Shown piece after piece: positions 27,871 to 37,202 of a stretch of DNA of 63,792 bases. This DNA is from Chloroflexota bacterium (lineage in GTDB: Bacteria; Chloroflexota; Anaerolineae; Anaerolineales; Villigracilaceae), in contig JBDTPH010000264.1 of the NCBI GenBank assembly GCA_039932795.1, forward strand, positions 1 through 63,792. Direction: 5' to 3'. Below the pieces are notes generated by a model. It had not been told where the DNA came from and searched no databases. It worked only from the letters and a program-made list of their open reading frames with translations. The translations under genes were made by a program, and so were the position numbers. Position 1 is the first letter of the stretch. Each line of letters opens with the position of its first letter.

Positions 27871-30591
27871 ATGACCCAATTACCGGCAGGCACTGTTACT
27901 TTTTTATTTACTGATATAGAAGGTTCAACACAGCTTTGGGAAAAACATCCGCAGGAGATGCGCTCGGCACTTGCACAGCACGATTCAATTTTGCAGAATG
28001 CAATTACATCCCATAAGGGATATGTTATTAAAACCACAGGGGACGGTGCACACGCGGTATTTGAAAGAGCAATTGACGCGCTCCACGCGGCGATTCAGGT
28101 GCAAGCCCACCTGCATTCAGCTTTCAAACTTCATCCTTCATTCCTGCCTTTAAAGGTTCGCATGGGCCTGCACACCGCTGAAGCGGAATTACGCGACGGC
28201 GATTACTACGGTCAATCACTCAACCGCGCCGCGCGGATCATGTCCATTGGACATGGCGGACAAATCCTGCTTTCTGAAACCACCGCGCAGGTCGCGGGCG
28301 AACATTTACCTGCTGATATATATCTCATTGACCTTGGCGTACATCATCTCAAAGGTCTGCAGCGCCCCGAGAAAATTTTTCAACTTGTAGCACGCGACCT
28401 CCAAAAAGATTTTCCGCCGCTTAATTCGATCGCCACTGCAACAACGAACCTCCCCATTCAACTCACATCCTTTGTTGGACGTGAAAAAGAAATTTCAGAA
28501 ATCATAGCCTTGCTTAACTCGGCGCACCTTGTCACGCTGACAGGCTCTGGCGGTACAGGCAAGACTCGTCTTTCGATTGAAGTCGGCATCGAAGAACTAA
28601 CAGCGTTTACAAATGGCGTCTGGTTGATCGAACTTGCGCCGCTGGCTGACCCTTTACAAATTATCCCTGCGCTGGCGCAAGCCTTTGGTTTGCAGGAACT
28701 TCCCTTTCGCCCGCTGGTCGCACAGGTCATGGATTATCTACGTGACAAAAAACTTCTGCTCATTCTCGATAACTGCGAGCATCTTATTGAAGCGTGCGCG
28801 CGCCTTGCCGATGATCTCCTGCATCAGTGCGTGGGACTTAAAATCCTTGCCAGCAGCCGCGAAGCCTTGGGCATTGCGGGTGAAGTTGCCTATCGCACAC
28901 CTTCGCTAGCGGATTCCGAATCGACGCGCCTTTTCATAGAGCGCGCCCGCGCCGCGAATTCAAATTTCAAATTGACAGACGCAAACGCTTCAGCCATCGC
29001 CCAGATCTGCCACCGTCTCGACGGCATTCCTTTGGCGATAGAACTCGCCGCCGCACGGACGAAACTCCTCTCCGCCGAACAGATCGCGGCGCGACTCGAT
29101 GACATGTTCCGCCTGCTCATTGGTGGGAGTCGCACTGCCTTGCTGCGTCAACAAACATTGCGTGCGTTGATCGATTGGAGCTACGATTTACTTTCGGATG
29201 AAGAGAAACGACTCTTGCAATTTGCATCGGTCTTCGTCGGCGGCTGGACGTTGGACGCGCTCGAATTTGTTGCCGATGAACCACACACCATTGAACTGCT
29301 CGGACAACTCGTCAACAAGTCGCTGGTGGTGACGGAAGAACATGAGGGTGAAATGCGTTACTTCATGCTGGAGACGATCAGGCAATACGCAAGAGAAAAG
29401 CTCTTCGAAGCGAAGCAATCGTCGTCGGCGCGTGACCGGCATTTCATCCACTACAAAAATATAACAAGCGGTTTATGGGATGTCTCTTACTTCGCAAGAG
29501 AAACAGAAACGCAAAGATTGAAATCCGTGCAATTGGAAGTGGAAAACCTGCGTGCGGCCTTTGAATGGAGCTTGCAGAACCATGTTCAAGATGCATTGGA
29601 ATTCGCCGCGAACATGGCGATGAGCATGAGCATGATGGGAGGGATAGAAGGAATCACCATTCTCAAATCGGCAATGGACAAGTTTCGCGCCTTGCCGCCC
29701 GCCGAAGGTGGTGACGCGAACCGCCTCCGAAAAGAGATTTATGCCCATGGATGCTTTAGCCTGGGGACACTTCTCCAGGGCACGAATGAAATCATGTTTT
29801 CGCGCAGTATCTTGCAGGAAGCCATTGCAATCGCCCGTGAACTCGGTGATAAAAAACTGTTAGGCTTGGGGCTGGAAATGTACGCGAACGGATCCGCCAT
29901 GATCAAAGCCGACGATACCGTTGCCGCTGCAATGGAGGGGCTGGAAATCTTTAGAGAGCTCAATCACAGCGCTGGGATGCGTATGGCTTATGCCAACCTG
30001 GCACGCTGGGAAGCGATTCACGGCAATTTTCAAGAGAGTGAAAAGTATATGGCGCTTGTTCGGGCTAGCATGAAAGATGGAGCCATATCTATTCAATCGG
30101 GTTTTCTCATTATGGGTATGGGGATGGGCGCACGTTATCAGGGTCGTTTCGATCTTGCTCAGAAGTACTTTGAGGAGGGACTCACGATATTCAAGTACAT
30201 TGGTCACAAAGGCATGGCAGCGACGATAACTTCCGAGATCGCACATACGCAACGTGCCATGGGCAATTATGCCGAAGCCAGGAAAACGTATCAGAACACC
30301 ATCAAGGTTTTTCAAGATTACGGCAATCGTCCAGCCGTGGCGCATCAACTGGAATGTTTTGCGATGATTGCAGCCGTGGAGGAAGAACCTCTGCGTGCGG
30401 CAAAATTATTCGCTGCGGCAGAGGCAATCCGTGATGTAACGGGTCATAAACGCACAAACGAAGAAGAAGCTGAAGAAGCTCAATTCATGGGTCGACTCCG
30501 CGCGATGCTCCCCGAAGCAGAGTTCAACGCACTCTGGGCGGAGGGGCGGTCCATGACGATGGAGCAGGCGATAGAGTTGGCGTTGAGTTAA
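27871..30591 (+). CDS. adenylate/guanylate cyclase-STAND ATPase-TPR protein
   Basis: FTDIEGST and GDG cyclase motifs; Walker A GSGGTGKT; LDNCEH; GIPLAIEL; helical TPR-like tail. Confidence 0.92.
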   Translation: MTQLPAGTVTFLFTDIEGSTQLWEKHPQEMRSALAQHDSILQNAITSHKGYVIKTTGDGAHAVFERAIDALHAAIQVQAHLHSAFKLHPSFLPLKVRMGLHTAEAELRDGDYYGQSLNRAARIMSIGHGGQILLSETTAQVAGEHLPADIYLIDLGVHHLKGLQRPEKIFQLVARDLQKDFPPLNSIATATTNLPIQLTSFVGREKEISEIIALLNSAHLVTLTGSGGTGKTRLSIEVGIEELTAFTNGVWLIELAPLADPLQIIPALAQAFGLQELPFRPLVAQVMDYLRDKKLLLILDNCEHLIEACARLADDLLHQCVGLKILASSREALGIAGEVAYRTPSLADSESTRLFIERARAANSNFKLTDANASAIAQICHRLDGIPLAIELAAARTKLLSAEQIAARLDDMFRLLIGGSRTALLRQQTLRALIDWSYDLLSDEEKRLLQFASVFVGGWTLDALEFVADEPHTIELLGQLVNKSLVVTEEHEGEMRYFMLETIRQYAREKLFEAKQSSSARDRHFIHYKNITSGLWDVSYFARETETQRLKSVQLEVENLRAAFEWSLQNHVQDALEFAANMAMSMSMMGGIEGITILKSAMDKFRALPPAEGGDANRLRKEIYAHGCFSLGTLLQGTNEIMFSRSILQEAIAIARELGDKKLLGLGLEMYANGSAMIKADDTVAAAMEGLEIFRELNHSAGMRMAYANLARWEAIHGNFQESEKYMALVRASMKDGAISIQSGFLIMGMGMGARYQGRFDLAQKYFEEGLTIFKYIGHKGMAATITSEIAHTQRAMGNYAEARKTYQNTIKVFQDYGNRPAVAHQLECFAMIAAVEEEPLRAAKLFAAAEAIRDVTGHKRTNEEEAEEAQFMGRLRAMLPEAEFNALWAEGRSMTMEQAIELALS

Positions 30592-30620
30592 ACTAAATTA
30601 TTTTGCATAAGGAGATCAAC

Positions 30621-31298
30621 ATGAAAGACAATTCACTTTATAAACTTGGCGGGTTCGCGTCCATCATAGTTGGAATTTCATATATTGTCATTGGGATTAC
30701 TACTGTACTGCTTCCGCCCAACCTCGGCGGCGACATACCCGAAGCGCAATCGCCTTTTATGTTTTTTGAAGCAAACCGTGGCTTACTTATGACCAATTAT
30801 TGGGCGTTTACCATCGGAGCGATTTTTGCACTGGCAATGATTCCTGCCGTATCGGCAAGAGTTCAGCATTTAAACGAGGGTTGGGTGCGCTGGACGGCCA
30901 CGCTGGCTACACTCGGGTTTGCGGTCGCCATATTTGATAACTATTGGGCGATTGTAGAAACCCCTGCCCGCGCTGCTGCTTACGTTGCAGGTATTGATCC
31001 AGGCGCGGCTCAGATTATAGATGTTAACGGCTTGCTGGGTAACGGCGGAGTTGGTTTATGGGCATTGGTCGTTGGTCTGTTGGCGTTACGTGGCAATGTC
31101 TTGCCAAAGGGGCTGGCATATTTGTGGATCTTCGGCTCCTTTGCGTATTTTATGGCACTTGCGTCCGCAATGATTCCAGTTCTTTCCGTTTCAGGTGTGG
31201 GAATTGTGGTCTCAGCTATAGGCGCTATTTTAGGTCCTATCGGCTATGGCTGGATGGGATTCCATTTATGGCGCATTGCGTCACACGAAGCAAAATGA
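30621..31298 (+). CDS. multi-pass membrane protein (DUF4386-like)
   Basis: AGGAG RBS; about 6 TM segments; family assignment by resemblance only. Confidence 0.7.
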   Translation: MKDNSLYKLGGFASIIVGISYIVIGITTVLLPPNLGGDIPEAQSPFMFFEANRGLLMTNYWAFTIGAIFALAMIPAVSARVQHLNEGWVRWTATLATLGFAVAIFDNYWAIVETPARAAAYVAGIDPGAAQIIDVNGLLGNGGVGLWALVVGLLALRGNVLPKGLAYLWIFGSFAYFMALASAMIPVLSVSGVGIVVSAIGAILGPIGYGWMGFHLWRIASHEAK

Positions 31299-31431
31299 AG
31301 ATGATTACAACCAGCCCACTACGCAATTGCGCGCCATGCTCGCCGAAACGGAATTCAACACGTTCTGGGCGGAGGGTCGCGCCATGACGATGGAACAGGC
31401 GATCCAGTTGGCACTGAATTATTCAGGTTAA
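31290..31431 (+). pseudogene. orphan 3' end of a STAND-cyclase paralog
   Basis: LRAMLAETEFNTFWAEGRAMTMEQAIQLAL matches the C-terminus of the upstream gene; 71/87 nt identical. Confidence 0.8.
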
Positions 31432-31448
31432 CTCGAATTCCCTTACAG

Positions 31449-31646
31449 CATGTCACCCTCCCGAAGGACACACCGCATGATTTGCTTAGCAAATCACGGT
31501 GGGTGCAGGTGTCGGGACGATGCCGTCTCGCACCGACGTGCTCGCGGCACGAACGGTGTGAGTGCCAGCGAAGGGTCTTTGTCTCAGCGGTAGAGATGCT
31601 TCGTGGAGTTTATCCTGAGCAAAGCCGAAGGGCTCAGCATGACATG
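31449..31646. repeat. composite/nested REP-MITE-like palindromic element
   Basis: Terminal CATGTCA/TGACATG; internal CCTGAGC...GCTCAG and CGAAG/CTTCG motifs with extra hairpins. Confidence 0.65.
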
Positions 31647-31711
31647 ACAGAAAGTTAACTGATTAAGATTAATCAGAATAATCCTTGCTGGTGATCAAAG
31701 GAAACATATCA

Positions 31712-32233
31712 ATGACAGTTATTTTTGAAACAAGTCATCTCATTCTTCGGCATCTCGTCATGGATGATTTGAATAATCTATTTGCGTTATACAGCGATCC
31801 CGAAATCCGCAGATATTTCCCCGAAGGAGTCTTGAACCTTGATGATACCCGGGAGGAACTGGAATGGCACATGAACGGACATCCCAGACATCCTGAGCTG
31901 GGACTTTGGGCAACGATTCATAAGGAAACCGGGAAATTCATCGGTCGCTGCGGGCTGCTGCCCTGGGAGATCGATGGCAAACTGGAAGTGGAAATCGCCT
32001 ACCTACTTGACAAGGCATTCTGGCACCAGGGATTGGCAACAGAAGCAGCACAAGGTATTTTGAAGTACGGGTTTGAAAAACTGAACTTATCCCGCCTGAT
32101 ATGTTTGATCGATCCGGACAATATTGCATCACAACGAGTCGCTGAGCGAATTGGAATGACTCTGGAAAGAAAAGTGGATGGTATTGACGGCGATGATTTT
32201 CCGACATTGATCTATTCGATCAACAAAGAGTGA
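31712..32233 (+). CDS. GNAT acetyltransferase (RimJ/RimL-like)
   Basis: FIGRCG, WHQGLATEA, NIASQRVAERIGM. Confidence 0.9.
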   Translation: MTVIFETSHLILRHLVMDDLNNLFALYSDPEIRRYFPEGVLNLDDTREELEWHMNGHPRHPELGLWATIHKETGKFIGRCGLLPWEIDGKLEVEIAYLLDKAFWHQGLATEAAQGILKYGFEKLNLSRLICLIDPDNIASQRVAERIGMTLERKVDGIDGDDFPTLIYSINKE

Positions 32234-32237
32234 GACT

Positions 32238-32492
32238 ATGGCAAAACTAAAACTTGATTTACATGATATCTATAACCGCGGAAAGGAAATCGACGCGGAA
32301 TTGAACCGCATTGTGGAGGAAGCGATCGACAAAAAGATCGAACTGGTCGAGATCATCCCGGGCAAAGGCAGCGGGCAGCTCAAGAAGAAAGTTTTACGAT
32401 TTTTGAATCAGGGGCATATCAAAAAGTTGTATCACCGCGTCGAGAAAGACGATAAGAATTTCGGGCGGATATTTATTCACTTTAAGTTTTAA
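32238..32492 (+). CDS. stand-alone Smr-domain protein
   Basis: LDLH...IIPGKGSGQLK. Confidence 0.85.
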   Translation: MAKLKLDLHDIYNRGKEIDAELNRIVEEAIDKKIELVEIIPGKGSGQLKKKVLRFLNQGHIKKLYHRVEKDDKNFGRIFIHFKF

Positions 32493-32560
32493 AGTGCAGG
32501 GCAATGGATACCCGGAAAAATTTCCTATGTTCATGTCCATGATAAAATCAGCGCATTAAA

Positions 32561-34279
32561 ATGACTAGAGAAACAATCGGAAGGTATAAGATTCAGTCCG
32601 AGCTTGGTCGGGGGGGAATGGCGGCCGTATATCTGGCGTATGACCCGAACTTTCGTCGCAACGTAGCCATCAAGCTGGTATCTGTTAATCTGCAGGAGAA
32701 TATTATTTTTCGGGAGCGCTTCGAGCGTGAAGCGCAGCTAATTGCAAAGATCGAACATCCGGCGATTGTGCCAGTCTATGACTTTGGTGAGCAGGATGAT
32801 CAACCGTATCTGGTCATGCGGTATATGCCAGGAGGCGCCCTTGCCAGTAAGATCAAGGAGGGACCACAAACTCTCGTATACGCATCCCAGATCATAACGC
32901 AGATCGCTCCAGCTCTGGACGCAGTCCATGCCCAGGGCATCGTTCATCGAGATCTCAAACCGGCAAACATCCTTTTGGATGGCTTTGGGAACCCGGCTAT
33001 TTCCGATTTTGGGATCGCCCATCTTGCACTGGCTACGACCGATCTAACTGGCAGTGCCATTATCGGAACACCGTCTTACATGAGTCCGGAACAGGTACGC
33101 GGCGATGACGATCTCGACGGACGAAGCGATATTTATGCCCTGGGCGTGATCCTGTTTGAGATGCTTACCGGAAACGGCCCATTTCGTGCGGCCACACCCC
33201 TCAGCGTGGCGATGAAACATCTGACCGATCCAATTCCTTCCATCCTCGTGCTTCGTCCCGACCTGCCAGGGGAATTGGATCTTGTTCTGGCAAAAGCTCT
33301 GGCCAAAGATAGGGAGTTGCGTTATACCAGCACATCGGAGCTGGCTCTTGCATTACGACAAATATCTGACGCAGTAAAGAATGATGGAAGACCCATATCG
33401 CATTCTGTACTTCCCCGACGCAACGAAGAGGTGGCTACTGAAATTGATATGGGTCAAGATCCTATCGCATCAATTCATGGAACGCCACAATCCGACAGTG
33501 TACAAGCCAGCCCACAGTCTCCCAGTCGAGCAATACACGTCAAGCGCTCCTGGATGCCGCAGATCGCGGGGATATCAGGTTTGGGGTTGTGTCTGATCGT
33601 CTTATGCATCTCACTCGGCCTGCTTGGAGCCTGGACTTGGCTGGGGCGTCCAAGCTTTTTCGCGGGGCAGAACCAAACTGCGACGCTGACTCCCACGATC
33701 CAGGCTGCTGACAATTCACGAGAGATCGTTCTATTCTCGGATGACTTTTCCAATCCACTAAGTGGCTGGCCAACCATCCAAAATGCACGGGGAGGCTATA
33801 GTTATCAGCCAGATGGGTATCACATCGTTGTTGATGAACCAGGTGCGGTTCTGTGGGCAAAAACAAGCCAGGAATACCAGGATATAAGTCTATACGTTGA
33901 TTCCAGACCCCTTACAGCCGGCAAGAATGGGTATTACGGTTTGATATGTCGCATACAGGACGATCAGAGTTTTTACTATTTTGCGATACAGGGCAATGGC
34001 AACTACACGATGGGGAAGTATAAGGACTCTGAGTTCCTTTCGTTTTTTTCCGAAGGCTGGAAACAAAGTGATGCGATCAATCAAGGTCAGATCAATCATC
34101 TCCAGGCAGACTGCGTGGCCGACACACTGCGTTTTATTGTAAACAATGCATTGATCGGTGAAGCAAGGGATACCGATTTAACCTCCGGCTATGGTGGGCT
34201 GCTGGCAGCTTCCCTGGATTCCCAAAGATTCGAGGCATTGTTCAATAATTTTCTGATCACAGAACCCGACCTGCCTTAG
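32561..34279 (+). CDS. membrane Ser/Thr protein kinase with extracellular C-terminal domain
   Basis: GRGGM, VAIK, HRDLKPAN, DFG, GTPSYMSPE; central TM; DDFS-initiated beta-rich domain. Confidence 0.93.
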   Translation: MTRETIGRYKIQSELGRGGMAAVYLAYDPNFRRNVAIKLVSVNLQENIIFRERFEREAQLIAKIEHPAIVPVYDFGEQDDQPYLVMRYMPGGALASKIKEGPQTLVYASQIITQIAPALDAVHAQGIVHRDLKPANILLDGFGNPAISDFGIAHLALATTDLTGSAIIGTPSYMSPEQVRGDDDLDGRSDIYALGVILFEMLTGNGPFRAATPLSVAMKHLTDPIPSILVLRPDLPGELDLVLAKALAKDRELRYTSTSELALALRQISDAVKNDGRPISHSVLPRRNEEVATEIDMGQDPIASIHGTPQSDSVQASPQSPSRAIHVKRSWMPQIAGISGLGLCLIVLCISLGLLGAWTWLGRPSFFAGQNQTATLTPTIQAADNSREIVLFSDDFSNPLSGWPTIQNARGGYSYQPDGYHIVVDEPGAVLWAKTSQEYQDISLYVDSRPLTAGKNGYYGLICRIQDDQSFYYFAIQGNGNYTMGKYKDSEFLSFFSEGWKQSDAINQGQINHLQADCVADTLRFIVNNALIGEARDTDLTSGYGGLLAASLDSQRFEALFNNFLITEPDLP

Positions 34280-34296
34280 AATCAGTAATTGACGTT

Positions 34297-37131
34297 TTAC
34301 TTCCAAAGCCTGACCAGCTCACACAGCGATCTGTAATACGGCTCAATGCTTGGGATGTAATGCCGCTCGTCTTTTGCATGCGGACCAACACCTGATTGAC
34401 CCCAGACGACCGCCTGCCCGCCTGGAGCGAATCTCGCGCTAGTACCGGGCAGCTTCCTCCCAATTCTCACATCATCCCCAGCCGACGCCTGTTTGACCGC
34501 TTCGATGAGCGCTTTCAACGCTGGATTATTCGGATCGCAGGCCACGCCATTTTCCATGACGGAAAATTTCGCGTCCAATCCGTTCTCCGCGCAATACGCT
34601 TCGACCTTTGACCGTAGACCTTCAACATCATCCTGCGGGATCGGACGGATCTCCACCCCGAGAATCCCTTCGGCCGCGGTGACGTTATACATACCGGGTG
34701 TGCCAACGTTGATAAAGGGGAACTTTGCCTGTGACTGCCAGCCATCCGAGGATTTGAGTGTGAGATGTTTGGCAAAGATCTCGTTCAAGGCTGAACGTGC
34801 TGCAATCAGTTTTTCGCTTAGGTCGCCTGTGCCTGCCACGCCGCTATGACCCCTCGCCCCGCGGGCGACCACGTCAAAGCGCATCACGCCGCGATTTTCC
34901 ACGCAGATCTCGCCGAAGAGTTCGTTTCCTTTTTCACCTGTCCGTTCGCCTGCAATAAATAACGAAGGAGTGAGATTTAATTCCTTTAGCATATGCGGCG
35001 TGCCCCAGGCGTCGGCTTCACCATTTTCTTCGTTGCCGACGAGGAGTAATGCAATGTTGGGACACGGCGTCGCCGTGTCCTTACAGTGACGTGCCATGTC
35101 TTTCATCCAAACCAGATAGGTAGCAACAACGGTTTTCATGTCTGCTGAACCACGGCCCCACAAATAATCGCCTTCTATTCTGGGCGCAAATTGTGAATCA
35201 TCAGGCTCAGGCTCCACTACATCAAAATGTCCCGTCAAAAGGATAGGAGACTTGAGACTGGAGACTGGTAATTGGGAATTGGCAATTGGAAAAGTTGCGT
35301 AAATAGCAGGGTACTTGCCGTCAAAAAACTTGACTTCGAGACCTGCATTTCGCAAATAATCATCTATCAATGATCCCGCACGCTGAACTTCATCCAATCG
35401 TTCGTTGGGTGAGGCCGTGACAGAGGGAATACGGATCAACTGCTGAGCCAGGTCTAGAATTTCAGAAGTTTTGTCAGGATAGGAGACTTCAATCATCGCC
35501 TGTGTCCTGGGTCGGAATTGAATGGGTGTATTCTGCGTCTGGCGTGCGGCGTCGCGTCCACGCTGGAGAAATTCAGCGATCTTGGACGCGTCTGTGCCGA
35601 GTGAGCCATAGTCTGATGCAATGCGCTCCACGTCTGCTTTGACCTGCGCTTCGCGTTCAAAGAAAATTTCCTTCAACACACTCAATGGAACCTCGTCGTT
35701 TTCGCCCAGTTCCCGCGAAGCGTGCAGGCGGGCGCGGATTCTCTCTGCCGTGTTGCGTCCGCCCTCGGACATTTCGACAAGCGGGTTCAGATCATCCCAG
35801 AGACTTAACGCTTCGGCTATTGGCTTGACCTCACTAAGAGTCCATTTGAGGAAGGCGCGAATGGAGATGGGTTTGCCTGTCAGTGGATTCTCGATCTCGG
35901 CGCGCAATCCAACTTTCGCGGCAAGGCTCTCATTCGTGCGGGCACGGCTGATGTCTTCACGGTCATATCGGAAGCCGCGCGCAAACTGCGGATCAGAGTA
36001 GATGCGCAGAAGCAGGAGATGTTTGAGAGTCAGGTTGGCGATGTCGAGGTCGAGAGAATGTCCACCTTCATCGGTGCGGACTTCCACACGTCCCATGGGC
36101 AGGTTGATGCGTGCCATCAGGTTCTGCTTTTCGATCTGCAGCGCCATCTCTTCGGGCGGAGTCGCTTCACCCACGGCGAACAGGCCGCGGGCGTAGAGGG
36201 AGGCGAGCTGGTCACTGGTCGTGGAGATGATGCGCTCGACGGGTTCCGCAAAGCTGCGGGCGCGGATCGGCGTCCAGTTGTTGTTCCCAAATCGGACGCC
36301 GCGGCGCACGAGGTCGTAGGAGATCTGCAGATAATCGTTGTACGAGCGATAGAGGTCGGGAAGATCAATCGTGGGCGGATTCGGGAATGTGAGATTTCGC
36401 ACCGAATCGAATTCGGTCAGGGCGACAACGGCGCGTCCACCGCGCACCTCAGCCTGCAGCGGCGTGGAGGCAGTTGTCGCAATAAAAAGGGACGAGAACG
36501 CGCGCAGCAGGCGGGATGCCGTTATATAGAACTCGGATTTATATTCATCAAGATGCTGGTCGCCGCGCTCACTTGGGGAAAGGTGCATAAAGTCCCAGGC
36601 GAAGAGCGGATCGGGCAGGGAGAGGTTACTGTGAATGCCCGTGGTTGCAAGTGTATTGCCGTAAAGATCAACGCATTTTTCGAGGTAGCGGCGCTTCGCA
36701 ATGGCCCAATTGCCCGGGATGGAATCATGCCCGATGGCAGTGAGGAAGAGCAGGTTGCCATGCCAGTAATGCAGGCGCTCGCCGAAGTTGAGGCCGGCGC
36801 GGTGAAGCGAGTTGATCAGCGAAGCTTCCATCAGGCGCGCTTCGTAGATAGCCCCACGCGAACTGTAATACGGACGGGTCGCCCACTCGATCATCCAGTG
36901 AAAGACTTCGAGCTGGCTGAACTGCGCCTGCCATTGCGGGATGCATTCAGCGCGCAGGTAATCCACAAAGGAATGCTGGCTGGGTCCCGCGCCCACGGTG
37001 AGGAGAGGACGCAGTCCCTCATCGAGGAGATTCCATTCCTGTTCGAAGCCGTTGAGTCCGCCTTCGGGTTTTTCATGGGTGGCTTGTTCTACAGCGAGGA
37101 GGTATTTGTCAGCGAATTTTTGAGAGGGCAT
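34297..37131 (-). CDS. fusion of a glutamate-cysteine-ligase (GCS2)-like carboxylate-amine ligase and an M20 (ArgE/DapE-like) peptidase
   Basis: N-terminal GFEQE, E..HWMIE, GIHSN, ASTP, WTPIR, RVEVR; C-terminal GHFDVV, GRGSADMK, EENG, GE, PHAKDE. Confidence 0.8.
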   Translation of the reverse strand: MPSQKFADKYLLAVEQATHEKPEGGLNGFEQEWNLLDEGLRPLLTVGAGPSQHSFVDYLRAECIPQWQAQFSQLEVFHWMIEWATRPYYSSRGAIYEARLMEASLINSLHRAGLNFGERLHYWHGNLLFLTAIGHDSIPGNWAIAKRRYLEKCVDLYGNTLATTGIHSNLSLPDPLFAWDFMHLSPSERGDQHLDEYKSEFYITASRLLRAFSSLFIATTASTPLQAEVRGGRAVVALTEFDSVRNLTFPNPPTIDLPDLYRSYNDYLQISYDLVRRGVRFGNNNWTPIRARSFAEPVERIISTTSDQLASLYARGLFAVGEATPPEEMALQIEKQNLMARINLPMGRVEVRTDEGGHSLDLDIANLTLKHLLLLRIYSDPQFARGFRYDREDISRARTNESLAAKVGLRAEIENPLTGKPISIRAFLKWTLSEVKPIAEALSLWDDLNPLVEMSEGGRNTAERIRARLHASRELGENDEVPLSVLKEIFFEREAQVKADVERIASDYGSLGTDASKIAEFLQRGRDAARQTQNTPIQFRPRTQAMIEVSYPDKTSEILDLAQQLIRIPSVTASPNERLDEVQRAGSLIDDYLRNAGLEVKFFDGKYPAIYATFPIANSQLPVSSLKSPILLTGHFDVVEPEPDDSQFAPRIEGDYLWGRGSADMKTVVATYLVWMKDMARHCKDTATPCPNIALLLVGNEENGEADAWGTPHMLKELNLTPSLFIAGERTGEKGNELFGEICVENRGVMRFDVVARGARGHSGVAGTGDLSEKLIAARSALNEIFAKHLTLKSSDGWQSQAKFPFINVGTPGMYNVTAAEGILGVEIRPIPQDDVEGLRSKVEAYCAENGLDAKFSVMENGVACDPNNPALKALIEAVKQASAGDDVRIGRKLPGTSARFAPGGQAVVWGQSGVGPHAKDERHYIPSIEPYYRSLCELVRLWK

Positions 37132-37202
37132 GAGTAAATCCTAAGGCATGAGGTGTGAGGCGAATGAAAGAGAAAAGAAGGAAATGGAACCCGTACGATT
37201 CT

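Noticed and set aside
36019-37137. 372-aa plus-strand ORF (also 56003..56878 and 59519..60388 on the minus strand)
   Set aside because: Antisense shadows of well-supported genes in GC-rich coding sequence
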